From positions 39,742,001-39,806,000 of the forward strand of contig OZ024748.1 in NCBI GenBank assembly GCA_964016885.1: a DNA stretch of 64,000 nt, in the 5' to 3' direction. Positions within the stretch are counted from its first letter, which is position 1. Each line of letters begins with the position of its first letter. A model generated the notes under the pieces. It did no database searches, was not told where the DNA came from, and saw only the letters and a program-made list of their open reading frames with translations. The position numbers and the translations under genes were made by a program. Of the stretch, positions 54,329-64,000 are shown piece after piece. This DNA comes from Eledone cirrhosa (taxonomy: Eukaryota).

Positions 54329-64000
<9,672 letters not shown>

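Overview
AT-rich, repeat-dense eukaryotic DNA. The SINE families, (TA)n tracts and TTAGGG-derived arrays suggest an animal, most likely an octopus or other cephalopod (inference). The only host-like coding content is a tandem pair of tryptophanase (tryptophan indole-lyase)-family exons: A at 15369-~16865 and B at 20790-22179. They have degenerated in a complementary way. A lost the PLP-binding lysine and the cis active-site residues but kept the residues donated in trans (GDESY catalytic Tyr, YGGMAGRDME loop). B kept the PLP machinery but lost the trans-donated Tyr and Glu. This predicts an obligate A/B heterodimer or, through a phase-compatible intron, one ~957-aa pseudo-dimeric enzyme with a single active site. 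The locus appears to sit in a ~54-kb tandem segmental duplication (1-12940 recurs at 54329-64000). Also present: a Penelope retroelement with an intact ORF, a 310-bp tandem array carrying type I hammerhead ribozymes (retrozyme-like) interrupted by a non-autonomous Helitron, Tx1/L1, RTE, Gypsy, mariner and Helitron remnants, SINEs, interstitial telomere-like arrays, foldback palindromes and minisatellites. All alignments and residue numbers were done by eye from remembered reference sequences.
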